64,000 bases of DNA, taken from positions 26,672 through 90,671 of IMG/VR virus record IMGVR_UViG_3300021168_000019; one strand, given 5' to 3'. The translations under genes were made by a program, and so were the position numbers. This DNA is from a virus (lineage: Duplodnaviria > Heunggongvirae > Uroviricota > Caudoviricetes). Each line of letters starts with the position of its first letter. Position 1 is the stretch's first letter. Under the pieces are notes generated by a model that was not told where the DNA came from, searched no databases, and was given only the letters and a program-made list of their open reading frames with translations. Positions 29,498 through 38,586 of this stretch are shown here, one piece after another.

Positions 29498-29800
29498 GGG
29501 GATGCCAAGGTTTCGACGGTAGATGTTGAATGTTGTTAGCAGACGTGCAGGTAGACGACTAACCTTAACAGCGTAACCTAATAAATGGCGCAACCATTTA
29601 TGACGAGATGATTAACGGACTTCAGGTGGCAACATCTGAGCGCGTTAGTGGCCTCGTGATGGCCTAGTAATAGGACCGGGGTCTGACCCACCTAGCAACA
29701 GAAAGGGTCATAAGACTGAGGCAGAGGGAATACTATCAAACCCAGTATGAGTCGCTACCCTTCAATGGGTGGGACGAGCAAGAGTACGAAACTCGGTAGT
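29498..29800 (+). ncRNA. ssrA: tmRNA coding piece (5' acceptor strand GGGGATG, D-analog TTCGACGG, tag ORF, pseudoknots); 3' boundary approximate
   Basis: GGGGATGCCAAGGTTTCGACGG 29498-29519 resembles canonical tmRNA 5' end; GGGGATG pairs with CATCTCC (one G.U); candidate tag frames end in TAATAA or TAGTAATAG stop clusters; ~470 nt without any ORF. Confidence 0.65.
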
Positions 29801-29866
29801 TGACTGTGTTAAGAGGCAGGGGAATTTCTGTCAATACGATCAGAAAACCTAGAAATTTGAGGCAAC

Positions 29867-30253
29867 ATGGCAAAGCCGTTTATTCACGCGATGTCGTCAG
29901 TTCGCAAATGGGGAGGAGTTCCAGAGGATTATCTTCCTGTTCATGATCTACTGGACTCCTCCAAGGGGCAGATTGCAGATAGCCGCCATCGAGCATTGAC
30001 GCATAATGCATGGTTCCTATCGACAATTCTTGAAAAGGTATTTGGTCACAACATTACTAACAGCGATGGGCGGCTCGTATCAGTACGTGATATTGGTGAG
30101 CAGCATGTTCTAGAAGACTTCGGCGGCAGATATATTCCATCTGCCCAAGATTATCTTCAAGAAATTGAAATAAAGGATTGGATGGTAAAAGGCGCAGGCG
30201 CACCGCCATCTTTCGCAAAACTTGTGCCGAAAACAGTGAGGAGAGAAATATGA
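29867..30253 (+). CDS. hypothetical protein
   Basis: 128 aa; TGAGG RBS. Confidence 0.4.
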   Translation: MAKPFIHAMSSVRKWGGVPEDYLPVHDLLDSSKGQIADSRHRALTHNAWFLSTILEKVFGHNITNSDGRLVSVRDIGEQHVLEDFGGRYIPSAQDYLQEIEIKDWMVKGAGAPPSFAKLVPKTVRREI

Positions 30254-30756
30254 GCGTTTTGTCAGAGATTAAAACTATCAAGGCAGAAATCGAAAAGCTA
30301 CGTAAAGAAGCCAAGGAGAAGGTAGAAGCTATCTTCAAGACGGCTGTGCTAGAACTATTCACTGAGTATCCTAATCTGAAGCGTCTAAGCTGGACGCAGT
30401 ATACCCCTTACTTCAACGATGGCGACCCGTGCACGTTCCGGTCATCGCATGACTCTCCGGCCATTTATTTCACTAGCCCTGCTCCTGATGAGGAAGAAGT
30501 TGAAGACGACGACTATGACCGCTACGAAGAGGAATGGAATACTTGGAGTTACTACGATTGGTCCAAGGATTATAAAACCAAGACTCTCAAGGCTTCTTTG
30601 ACTGAAGACCAACTTGCTCAGTTGAAGACTGGCGAAGCTGTACAGGAATTTCTACATAACTTTGACGATGAGGATATGGAAAATCTCTTTGGTGATGGCT
30701 ATAAGGTAATTATCACCGCAAAGGGAATTGAAGTGGACGATTTCGACCACGAGTAA
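30250..30756 (+). CDS. hypothetical protein with acidic C-terminal region
   Basis: start at internal Met after GGAGAG; DEEEVEDDDYDRYEEEW. Confidence 0.4.
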   Translation: MSVLSEIKTIKAEIEKLRKEAKEKVEAIFKTAVLELFTEYPNLKRLSWTQYTPYFNDGDPCTFRSSHDSPAIYFTSPAPDEEEVEDDDYDRYEEEWNTWSYYDWSKDYKTKTLKASLTEDQLAQLKTGEAVQEFLHNFDDEDMENLFGDGYKVIITAKGIEVDDFDHE

Positions 30757-30761
30757 ATAAC

Positions 30762-30838
30762 GTGTCGGTAGCATAAATGGCAATGCGCAGGACTGTGACT
30801 CCTTGCATGATGTTGGTTCGAATCCAACCCTTCACTCC
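30762..30838 (+). tRNA. tRNA-His(GTG)-like, possibly degenerate
   Basis: D GCAT/ATGC, anticodon stem CAGGA/TCCTG loop CTGTGAC, T-arm GTTGG-TTCGAAT-CCAAC, CCA; acceptor GTGTCGG/CCTTCAC has two adjacent mismatches. Confidence 0.4.
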
Positions 30839-30924
30839 ATGTCAGACTGGAAAAACAACTGAGGCAAAGAACCTGTTCAGCGGATAACAGAGCCAAGGTA
30901 GTCCGGTCAGTCCGCATAACTTTT

Positions 30925-31012
30925 CGGTGTGTAAAACGGTAGCAGGGAGCCGTCCCGCTTTGGAAGCGGGAGCTTAAGAGCACTGCAAGTTCGAATCTTG
31001 CCACGCCGACCA
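30925..31012 (+). tRNA. atypical type-II-like tRNA (anticodon loop TTTGGAA, reads as UGG)
   Basis: acceptor CGGTGTG/CACGCCG (7 bp with G.U), canonical T-arm GCAAG-TTCGAAT-CTTGC, ACCA end, anticodon stem CCCGC/GCGGG, extra variable hairpin; irregular D-region. Confidence 0.35.
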
Positions 31013-31026
31013 TTTTTAGGAGAAGT

Positions 31027-31209
31027 ATGCCGATATATACGTACCAATGCCCCCGATGCGGGGAGACAGTTGACAAACTCCGCAAGATGAGCGATACTAA
31101 TCCTGTACATTGCACTTGCACGGATACTGAAGATTCAGCGTTCGCCGTGGAGATGCAACAAGTGCCAGCCGTGCCGTCGCCTATGCAATGGGGCTGCAAG
31201 AGGTTCTAA
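31027..31209 (+). CDS. FmdB-like zinc-ribbon protein
   Basis: 60 aa; MPIYTYQCPRCG...HCTC; AGGAGAAG RBS. Confidence 0.5.
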   Translation: MPIYTYQCPRCGETVDKLRKMSDTNPVHCTCTDTEDSAFAVEMQQVPAVPSPMQWGCKRF

Positions 31210-31481
31210 TGGATAATGCATTTGCTAATACATTTGCCGTCGAAACCTTTATCGGCATGAACGATCATCCGTCGATTACGTTTCACTTCGACACGATGAA
31301 CTTCCATGACCCGGATACTAAGTGGTTCTTGGACGAACTGTACTTTGATGGATGCAGAGTGGACTGTGTTCCGATGTCGTTCTATCAGGACATTATCGAT
31401 TTCTGCCAGCACAAGATAAAACAGATTCCACATTTTGACGCAGTAGACGGTGAATTAGAGTGGAATGATGGAAATGGATGA
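31209..31481 (+). CDS. hypothetical protein
   Basis: TAATG overlap with upstream gene. Confidence 0.35.
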   Translation: MDNAFANTFAVETFIGMNDHPSITFHFDTMNFHDPDTKWFLDELYFDGCRVDCVPMSFYQDIIDFCQHKIKQIPHFDAVDGELEWNDGNG

Positions 31482-31580
31482 ACCCCTGATGGCGAAAGCC
31501 GTGTTATCGAAAGATAGCTTGTTGCCGAAAGGCTAGACCGACAAGGGCATCCAAACAACATGATCTAAGGGGTTAGGATC

Positions 31581-32435
31581 ATGCGAAAGGAAGATATGAA
31601 AAGTGTAATGAAGGCGATTGCTGCGGCAATCATAGCAGTTGGACTTATGTCAACAGTTGGATGTACTGTAGCGTCCCCTGATGCTGGTCATCAAGCGGTA
31701 TGGGTGGAAAAGCCAATGCTATTTGGGCATGGCGGAGTTGACCAAACTCCCGTTTCAGCAGGACAAGAATACGGAGCATTTACTAGCAATGCCATTGATG
31801 TAACTATGCAGCCACAACGCATCGACATGGAATTTGATGACATGATGACTAAATCAGGAGTACCTGTTAGTTTTCACGTATTGTTTGTGTTCCGAGTAAC
31901 GGATGCTGTCAGACTCGTTCAAGGATATGGCGTAGATGAAAAGACTGGCGAAGCAAAGGGCGCATGGAATCGTGTAATGGATTCGCAGATTAATCAACTT
32001 GTGCGCGACTCTGTGAAGGCGTATGATATGCAGGATATCGCTATCAGTCAGTCAGCAGTGGATGCTGTGTCAAAGCAAATCAGTACAGGTTCATTTAACA
32101 TTGCCAAGTCTACTGGACTCCCAATCGAATTGCTTTCAGTCAACGTGGGACGTATCCTTCCACCTGATGCTATTAAGCACCAACGTATTGAGACGGCAGC
32201 ACAAGAGCAGCGTGTAATCACCGAGCAGCAGAAGAAGCTTGCTGAAGATGCACGTAAGGCAGCAGAGGAAAGCCGCGCAGCAGCAGACAAGGCTTACCTT
32301 GAAAAGATGCAACTTTCTCCTCAGCAGTACGTTGAGTTGGAACGTATCAAGATGCTGGATAACATTTGCGGAAAGTCAGCATGTACATTCATCCAAGGCA
32401 CGGGAGCGGTTCCTACTCTGGATGTGAAGAAGTAA
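31581..32435 (+). CDS. SPFH/band-7 domain lipoprotein
   Basis: 284 aa; signal peptide with lipobox LMSTVGC; SPFH-like core followed by Ala/Glu-rich coiled coil. Confidence 0.45.
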   Translation: MRKEDMKSVMKAIAAAIIAVGLMSTVGCTVASPDAGHQAVWVEKPMLFGHGGVDQTPVSAGQEYGAFTSNAIDVTMQPQRIDMEFDDMMTKSGVPVSFHVLFVFRVTDAVRLVQGYGVDEKTGEAKGAWNRVMDSQINQLVRDSVKAYDMQDIAISQSAVDAVSKQISTGSFNIAKSTGLPIELLSVNVGRILPPDAIKHQRIETAAQEQRVITEQQKKLAEDARKAAEESRAAADKAYLEKMQLSPQQYVELERIKMLDNICGKSACTFIQGTGAVPTLDVKK

Positions 32436-32615
32436 ATTGCCGGGGCGCATAGTGTGCTAGGAAGTCTCATAAGCTTTCCCTAACTAGGTGCGATACCTAG
32501 CTTCGGCACCAAGGCACAGATACTCTGTTTCAACCGAGGAGTAACTGGTATCCCTATCGGTTGGCACTTCCGAAAGGACGGTAGTACCAACCGGAAAAGG
32601 TACAGGGGCGAACTT

Positions 32616-32690
32616 GCCGGGTTAGCTCAATGGTAGAGCAACTCTTTTACACGGAGAAGGCTACAGGTTCGAGTCCTGTACGCGGCACCA
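32616..32690 (+). tRNA. tRNA-Val(TAC)
   Basis: acceptor GCCGGGT/ACGCGGC (one G.G mismatch), D GCTC-AATGGTA-GAGC, anticodon loop TTTACAC, T-arm ACAGG-TTCGAGT-CCTGT, CCA. Confidence 0.7.
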
Positions 32691-32865
32691 AGCTGTGAAA
32701 TGTTTCACTTGCTTTTAGTAGCACATTGTCAACTAGTAAAAAGCAGGGGTTTGATAACTTCCGTAAAATGTTATCGCGTCGTGGCGCAAACACGCAACTT
32801 ACCGTTAAAAAGCAAACGGGTGACTTTTTGGCCCCAGTTTTCAATAGTAAAACGGGGACTATTTT

Positions 32866-32953
32866 GGGTGTATGGCTGAGAGGCTAAAAGCACCTGACTG
32901 TAAATCAGGCCCTCTTCGGAGGTACGGTAGTTCAAATCTATCTGCACCCACCA
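32866..32953 (+). tRNA. tRNA-Tyr(GTA), type II
   Basis: acceptor GGGTGTA/TGCACCC, anticodon stem CCTGA/TCAGG loop CTGTAAA, long variable arm CCCTCTTCGGAGG, T-arm GGTAG-TTCAAAT-CTATC, ACCA. Confidence 0.75.
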
Positions 32954-32969
32954 AACTTTTAAAGGAACA

Positions 32970-33425
32970 ATGACAATTAAACCCGGACAAATAGCGGCAA
33001 CAAAGAAAAAATCAGAACAACTTAGAATGTCATTTTGTAAAGCTTCTGCTAAGTTGAGAAATAAGTTGTTCTTTTCTATGCTACAGCAATTGAATCGGGA
33101 TATATGTTACAGGTGTGGCACTAGAATACTCAATGAAGACGACTTTAGTGTAGATCATAAGGAACCGTGGTTAGACGCTAGTGCAACTCTGTTCTGGGAT
33201 TTAGACAACATCGCTTTTTCACATCGAAGTTGCAACAGCGCTGCTAGTAGAGTTCCACATAAGATAATCTGCCCAGTTGGTAAAAATTGGTGTAATGTAT
33301 GCAAAGATTTTTTAGATAGTGATAATTTTGGAAACAACAGAACTACATTATCTGGCAAGCAGAGGTACTGCAAAAGTTGTAGAAAGAAGCGTAAAATATC
33401 ATTGTCGTGTATCTCAATTGGATAG
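32970..33425 (+). CDS. HNH endonuclease
   Basis: 151 aa; DFSVDHKEPW...FSHRSCNSAAS, inside tRNA cluster. Confidence 0.6.
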   Translation: MTIKPGQIAATKKKSEQLRMSFCKASAKLRNKLFFSMLQQLNRDICYRCGTRILNEDDFSVDHKEPWLDASATLFWDLDNIAFSHRSCNSAASRVPHKIICPVGKNWCNVCKDFLDSDNFGNNRTTLSGKQRYCKSCRKKRKISLSCISIG

Positions 33426-33487
33426 AGGACTTTCCTTATAAGAGAGCGGTTAGATGTTCGATGCATCTCACGACAGCCAAAGTTTTA

Positions 33488-33575
33488 CCCCGGATGACGT
33501 AATTTAGAAGCCGTAGTGGTCTTAGAAGCCACTGTCCGTAAGGGCGTGGGGGTGCAAGTCCCTCTCCGGGGACCA
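33488..33575 (+). tRNA. tRNA-Leu(TAG)-like, atypical
   Basis: perfect acceptor CCCCGGA/TCCGGGG, anticodon stem GTGGT/GCCAC loop CTTAGAA, long variable arm; D-loop lacks GG and T-loop is TGCAAGT (G at 55). Confidence 0.5.
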
Positions 33576-33577
33576 AT

Positions 33578-33664
33578 GCCGTTATGGTGGAATTGGCAGA
33601 CACAGCGGACTTAAAATCCGCCGCCCGTAAGGGCATGGGGGTTCAAGTCCCTCTCGCGGCACCA
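33578..33664 (+). tRNA. tRNA-Leu(TAA), type II
   Basis: D GTG-GAATTGGCAGA-CAC, anticodon stem GCGGA/TCCGC loop CTTAAAA, variable arm CGCCCGTAAGGGCAT, T-arm GGGGG-TTCAAGT-CCCTC; 3 nt after preceding tRNA. Confidence 0.75.
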
Positions 33665-33800
33665 AGTTAGGGATGCGCCCATCGTAAGGGCATGGAAATG
33701 CTGGCGGCTAAAAGAGGGTCCGATTCCCCTGTTTCTGTTACGAGCATCCCTATTGACAAACAGACCCTACAGTGGTAGTATAGCTGTAGGGTTTTATTTT

Positions 33801-33891
33801 GGAAGGTTGACAGAGCGGTAATGTGCCTGTTTGCTAAACAGAGGCTATCCTGAAAGGGATACGTAGGTTCGATTCTCTACACCTTCCGCCA
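33801..33891 (+). tRNA. tRNA-Ser(GCT), type II
   Basis: perfect acceptor GGAAGGT/ACCTTCC, D ACA-GAGCGGTAA-TGT, anticodon loop TTGCTAA, variable arm TATCC-TGAAA-GGATA; T-loop appears 8 nt (TTCGATTC). Confidence 0.6.
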
Positions 33892-33906
33892 ATTTGAAAG
33901 GAAGCT

Positions 33907-34137
33907 ATGAAAGACTTGTGCAAAGAGTGTACCTGTGACTCACATCATATTAAACTCTTTTTAGTATTTTGCTTTGACTTGACAGATAATCGTGTAGAGT
34001 TAGTTGCTATTTGTCGCACAAGTGAATTGGCAGAGAAATACAAAACAGGTTACAAAAAACTAACAACTCGCACTTGGATAGAAGAACGTTTGACAGACCA
34101 CGCTCTAGGTGCGATTATGTTAGGTAAGAAGTTTTAG
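33907..34137 (+). CDS. hypothetical small protein
   Basis: 76 aa between Ser tRNAs. Confidence 0.3.
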   Translation: MKDLCKECTCDSHHIKLFLVFCFDLTDNRVELVAICRTSELAEKYKTGYKKLTTRTWIEERLTDHALGAIMLGKKF

Positions 34138-34231
34138 GGTGAGTGGCAGAGTGGTTGAATGCACCGGTCTTGAAAACCGGAGAGCCGGTTAAGACCCGGC
34201 TCCGTGGGTTCGAATCCTACCTCACCCGCCA
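34137..34231 (+). tRNA. tRNA-Ser(TGA), type II
   Basis: perfect acceptor GGGTGAG/CTCACCC, anticodon stem CCGGT/ACCGG loop CTTGAAA, long variable arm, T-arm GTGGG-TTCGAAT-CCTAC, GCCA. Confidence 0.8.
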
Positions 34232-34242
34232 GAAAGGATAAC

Positions 34243-34647
34243 ATGGGTTACTACACTAACTACACGCTCACACAGGTAAAGAATTCTATCCCTGATAGTT
34301 GGTTCGCCGGTTATATCAAGGCGCACAAAGATGACATGTACGGCGTAGATGAAGATGGTGATACTACTGATGCCTGCAAATGGTATGAGCACGATGTTGC
34401 TATGCAAGCCTTCAGTAAGGCTTTTCCTACAACTGTTTTCAAACTGCACGGTGAGGGAGAGGAAAGCGGTGACCTATGGGAGAAGTATTACTACGGAGGT
34501 AAACTTCTTTTCAACGCTACAGTAAAGATGACCTTTGACCAACCTGACCTTAGTACGATTCCACGTGTCACCATTGAAGAGGCTCCCGTAACTCTTAAGG
34601 CAGAACCTCCTGAAGTAACTGGTAGAAAGTTTAAGAAAGGTTTGTAA
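34243..34647 (+). CDS. hypothetical protein with C-terminal TGRKFK tail
   Basis: start at Met 14 of track ORF (avoids tRNA overlap); ends ...PEVTGRKFKKGL. Confidence 0.45.
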   Translation: MGYYTNYTLTQVKNSIPDSWFAGYIKAHKDDMYGVDEDGDTTDACKWYEHDVAMQAFSKAFPTTVFKLHGEGEESGDLWEKYYYGGKLLFNATVKMTFDQPDLSTIPRVTIEEAPVTLKAEPPEVTGRKFKKGL

Positions 34648-35276
34648 TGAGTATCTTTTTCACAGCAGATGAGCATCACGGTCACGAGAACATCATCCGT
34701 TTCTGTAAGCGTCCTTTTAGTGGCATCGAAGAGATGACAGAGAAGCTTGTCACTAACCATAACGAAGTAGTCAAGCCGGGGGACCATGTATTCCATCTCG
34801 GAGATATGTTCTGGAGAACCTTTGGGCTGGACCCGGCGCTAAAGCTGATGGCCCGTTTGAACGGAAGACACTTCTACATTTATGGCAACCATTGTGAACT
34901 ATTCCGACACAAGGAACTGCGCGATTGTTTTGAATGGTGCAAGGACGTGGATAACTTGAAGGTTCAAGGCTATCCTAATATCTGGCTATCACATTATGCC
35001 CATCGGGTATGGAACGGCTCACACCGAGGCGCGTACCATGTGTACGGTCATACTCATAATGTTCTCCCCGAGGGCGATTACCTTTCGACTGATGTAGGAG
35101 TTGACGCCCAAAATTTTTACCCAATTAGCCTTGAAGATTTAGATAAGAAGCTTAAGGCGCGGAAGGGAAGATTCGACGGCGGTCAGTGGGTTTGTGAGTG
35201 TGGTAACAAATTCTTAGCAACCAATACTTCACCTACAGTTTGCGCGAAGTGTACAAAGGAGATGAGATTAGTATGA
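34647..35276 (+). CDS. calcineurin-like metallophosphoesterase (Ser/Thr phosphatase-like) with C-terminal zinc ribbon
   Basis: motifs ADEHHGH, HLGDMF, YGNHC, GHTH; CECGNKF...CAKC. Confidence 0.65.
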   Translation: MSIFFTADEHHGHENIIRFCKRPFSGIEEMTEKLVTNHNEVVKPGDHVFHLGDMFWRTFGLDPALKLMARLNGRHFYIYGNHCELFRHKELRDCFEWCKDVDNLKVQGYPNIWLSHYAHRVWNGSHRGAYHVYGHTHNVLPEGDYLSTDVGVDAQNFYPISLEDLDKKLKARKGRFDGGQWVCECGNKFLATNTSPTVCAKCTKEMRLV

Positions 35277-35602
35277 ACGCACCAAAGATGCCAGTAACGG
35301 AACCAAAGCCTAAAAACCCTAACAGTCTGTTCCTTACAGCGCAAGAGGCGAGGGATATTCTTTACAGCGAGAATGAAGCGTTTGAAGTTGAAGTAGATGA
35401 AATCATTAGCACCGGAAGATGGTCAGTCCATCATAGGTTAGTTGTCTACAACCTTCAAACATCTAAGTACTATATGTGTACTTATTCTAAAGGCGCAACC
35501 GAGAACCAAGACGAGCAACCTTGGGAATATGATAAAGAAGTAGAGTTTGTGCAAGTGGAACCTTATGCGACAACCATCATCAAGTATCAGATAAAGCTAT
35601 GA
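35273..35602 (+). CDS. hypothetical protein
   Basis: ORF, start at Met after GAGATGAG. Confidence 0.3.
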   Translation: MNAPKMPVTEPKPKNPNSLFLTAQEARDILYSENEAFEVEVDEIISTGRWSVHHRLVVYNLQTSKYYMCTYSKGATENQDEQPWEYDKEVEFVQVEPYATTIIKYQIKL

Positions 35603-35796
35603 GCGAAGCACTGGCGCACGTAGTTGACGCATACGGGGATTACATGGCGACCATTAAGGTTCCTATCGTGTTTGACGGGCCGACGCCAGATGTCCCCCGC
35701 CTAGTCGAATGTAACGGTTGGTTTGCGTACTTGCACGAAACTAACCCATTGACTTATAGCTGGATTGAACCGCCTACAAAAGTGGAGAAGATATGA
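35599..35796 (+). CDS. hypothetical small protein
   Basis: 65 aa, ATGA overlap. Confidence 0.3.
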   Translation: MSEALAHVVDAYGDYMATIKVPIVFDGPTPDVPRLVECNGWFAYLHETNPLTYSWIEPPTKVEKI

Positions 35797-36014
35797 CATA
35801 CGAAGGTACGCCGATTCAAGCAAAGATTTTCTGGGGACCGTCGATAACCGACCCCGTGCATTTAATCGACATTGCGCTGCCAGATGGCGCAGCAATGACT
35901 GGAACTAGATGGCAGAGATTTCTTATCAAGCTTTTAGCGAAGTCTATTCTAAAGAGACGTAAGAAAGCTATGAAGAATCTAGGCGATAAATACAACAAAG
36001 TAGTTATAGGATAA
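35793..36014 (+). CDS. hypothetical small protein
   Basis: 73 aa. Confidence 0.3.
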   Translation: MTYEGTPIQAKIFWGPSITDPVHLIDIALPDGAAMTGTRWQRFLIKLLAKSILKRRKKAMKNLGDKYNKVVIG

Positions 36015-36016
36015 AC

Positions 36017-36682
36017 ATGAAGATTGTAGCCCTATCAGACACCCACGGACAGCACCGAGACGTTACCGTTCCTGACGGTGACGTTCTTATGTTTGCAGGC
36101 GACCTGATGGGTTCTGGATACAAGCATTCTGAGGTAAAGGATTTTGCAGAGTGGTTCTCGAATCAGCCACACAAGTACAAAATTCTGGTAGCAGGTAATC
36201 ATGACCGGATGTTTGAAACTAACCTAGACTACTGTCTGTCAAAGTTTTCCAATGTTGTCTACCTTCAGGATAGCGGGACTGAAATCAATGGTGTAAAGTT
36301 CTGGGGCAGTCCGTGGCAACCTTGGTTTTACAACTGGGCATTTAATGTCCCGAGAGGACCAGAGATAGCAAAGTATTGGGCGAAAATCCCCGGAGATACG
36401 GACGTATTGATTACGCACGGGCCTCCTTATGGCATTCTAGACCAAGCTATTCCTGATGAAGTTAGGGGAGAGTGGAGCAGTGATATCATCGTCCATCCGT
36501 CTGAGCATCTCGGCTGTGAGGAACTGGGCAAACAGTTTGGTAGGATTATGCCAAAAGTTCACATCTTCGGACATATTCATGGCAGCTACGGAACTTACAA
36601 TGATGGGATTAGATTCTACAATGTATCCATCTGTGACGAGCAGTACAACCCTGTAAACCCGGTGACGGTAATCGAGGTATAA
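36017..36682 (+). CDS. calcineurin-like metallophosphoesterase
   Basis: motifs LSDTHGQH, FAGDLMG, VAGNHD, ITHGPP, GHIHGSYG. Confidence 0.65.
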   Translation: MKIVALSDTHGQHRDVTVPDGDVLMFAGDLMGSGYKHSEVKDFAEWFSNQPHKYKILVAGNHDRMFETNLDYCLSKFSNVVYLQDSGTEINGVKFWGSPWQPWFYNWAFNVPRGPEIAKYWAKIPGDTDVLITHGPPYGILDQAIPDEVRGEWSSDIIVHPSEHLGCEELGKQFGRIMPKVHIFGHIHGSYGTYNDGIRFYNVSICDEQYNPVNPVTVIEV

Positions 36683-36939
36683 TGGTAACAACTACACAAC
36701 ACGTTCTTAAGAATATTGCTCGTATGTCTAACTTCAACGTTGACATTCAGTGTAAGGTTACCCTTGGTATTAACTGCTACCGTGCTATCTGTACTGCTTG
36801 TAATGATAGTATACCTATCAGCCAAGATGTTTCCCTTAGAAGTGAGTTTGATGATAACTTCATAAAGTTCTGTAAAGAACATAGGCACGATATAGAAGCA
36901 AGAGTGGTAGAGGAAGTTACGGGGCGAAAGTTCAGATGA
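36682..36939 (+). CDS. small Cys-rich protein with C-terminal TGRKF tail
   Basis: CKVTLGINCYRAICTACND; ends EEVTGRKFR. Confidence 0.45.
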   Translation: MVTTTQHVLKNIARMSNFNVDIQCKVTLGINCYRAICTACNDSIPISQDVSLRSEFDDNFIKFCKEHRHDIEARVVEEVTGRKFR

Positions 36940-37733
36940 ATGTCAGTAATGCTGAAAGGGATAAAATTCGAGCACGCATACAAATGTTACTAGGTGGCGT
37001 GGAGTATCCTCACGGCATTATGGCTATGGAGATTAGTTATATTGCCGGATTGAGCGGTTCTTACCAAGACCTAGCTATCTATCAGGCGGCTTTGGGACAG
37101 TTAATCGCTAAGGGAGCCGATCCGATACTGCAAGACTTATTAAAAAAGCAGATTCAAGAGATGGCCGCAAAGCTTCAGCAGGAAGAAGTAGAGGCTGTCA
37201 ACGCTAATAAAGCTTGGGCCGACAAGTATGGGGACTTGCATTATGTTCAGAAGAATGGTAAGGTAAAGGCAGTATGGGAAGAAGACAAACCGGTCCCGTT
37301 GCCCGAACCTGAGTGTAAACTGTGCGTCGATGGTAAGATTAGCTCAACTCTTAGTAAACATTCAGGAGCATGGTATCCCTGTGAATGTCCCTTGGGGGAT
37401 AAGTGGGCGAAGAATACGGGGTATATGGGACCGCCCGTTGGACAGGTAACAAAAGCAGGCGCACAGCAGACAGTAGGAAAGTATTACGGTAAGAAGTTTG
37501 TAGAAGATTTGAAAAAGAATACTCAGAATTTTGCAGTATCTACTACCACTACTACTCAGAATATTGCCGCTTATGAACAATACACGGGAACTTTTACTGT
37601 ACCAATAGAGGCTGCAATTAACGAAGTAAAAATGAAATGGAAAGACGCGCCCACGCAGACTACATGGAAACCAGAAGTTTTGGTTAAGGAAGTAGAAGAA
37701 CCAACTGGCAGGAAGTTTAAGGAGAAACTATGA
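36936..37733 (+). CDS. hypothetical protein with C-terminal TGRKFKEKL tail
   Basis: 265 aa; ends EEPTGRKFKEKL; ATGA overlaps. Confidence 0.45.
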   Translation: MNVSNAERDKIRARIQMLLGGVEYPHGIMAMEISYIAGLSGSYQDLAIYQAALGQLIAKGADPILQDLLKKQIQEMAAKLQQEEVEAVNANKAWADKYGDLHYVQKNGKVKAVWEEDKPVPLPEPECKLCVDGKISSTLSKHSGAWYPCECPLGDKWAKNTGYMGPPVGQVTKAGAQQTVGKYYGKKFVEDLKKNTQNFAVSTTTTTQNIAAYEQYTGTFTVPIEAAINEVKMKWKDAPTQTTWKPEVLVKEVEEPTGRKFKEKL

Positions 37734-38467
37734 GACGGACTAAACCGGTATCTCATCCAATGTTTCAAGCCAAACAAAAAGAACTTAAGGAGAAGGAAAT
37801 GCTTAACGAAAAGAAGAGACTAGAACCGCCCACGGAATACACACTTGAAAGTCATCCAACGAATAGCCTGAACATCAACCCCAGTGTAGTGACGGACACG
37901 AAGGACTGGACTAAACTTTGGAAGAAGTCTGAGTTAGTTTCTAACCCACCGACTGGGCATTACTATACTACCGGGGTTCCGTATGTCCCCCCAGTCCACC
38001 AACCCTTTACCCTGACGTGGAATGGTCAGCATTATGTCCCTGACTTCGTGCCTGCTGATATCCGAGTGACTGCCTACCACGCCAAGGATTACATGGAACT
38101 TAAAAAAGCTTTTAGGGAACTTCAGACGAAGGCCGATATGTCAACCTCATTAACCCAAGCTTTGGACGGAACTATCAAGTACCTACGGCAACTTAACCTA
38201 GACATTTATGACCGTGTGGACTACCTCCATGAGAAACTGGATGCATATAAGCATGTGTGGTCAGCTAGGGAATACCTTAAGGTAGTAGAACCGGACAACA
38301 CGGAAGCATACAGGCTCCTTACTGACACAATGTTAAATATTAGATGGGAGGCACAAGACTGGCCGATGATTAAAGAGAGGTACGCGCGTATTAATATGAA
38401 GGGTATTGATTTGTCTGTACGTGGAAAAAGCGACCACGAGGATTCACCAGAGGAACATTCCATATAG
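37730..38467 (+). CDS. hypothetical protein
   Basis: 245 aa. Confidence 0.4.
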   Translation: MRRTKPVSHPMFQAKQKELKEKEMLNEKKRLEPPTEYTLESHPTNSLNINPSVVTDTKDWTKLWKKSELVSNPPTGHYYTTGVPYVPPVHQPFTLTWNGQHYVPDFVPADIRVTAYHAKDYMELKKAFRELQTKADMSTSLTQALDGTIKYLRQLNLDIYDRVDYLHEKLDAYKHVWSAREYLKVVEPDNTEAYRLLTDTMLNIRWEAQDWPMIKERYARINMKGIDLSVRGKSDHEDSPEEHSI

Positions 38468-38487
38468 CCATTAACCTATTTGGCTTA

Positions 38488-38518
38488 GCCTCCTGCTACG
38501 GCGGGGGGCTTTTCTGTT
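38488..38518 (+). terminator. candidate rho-independent terminator
   Basis: GCCTCC-loop-GGGGGC hairpin followed by CTTTTCTGTT. Confidence 0.45.
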
Positions 38519-38586
38519 ATACAAACATATAACCTCCTTAACAACTTCCCTGACACTACCTATTCTGTACGTCCCTCTGAAAACAA

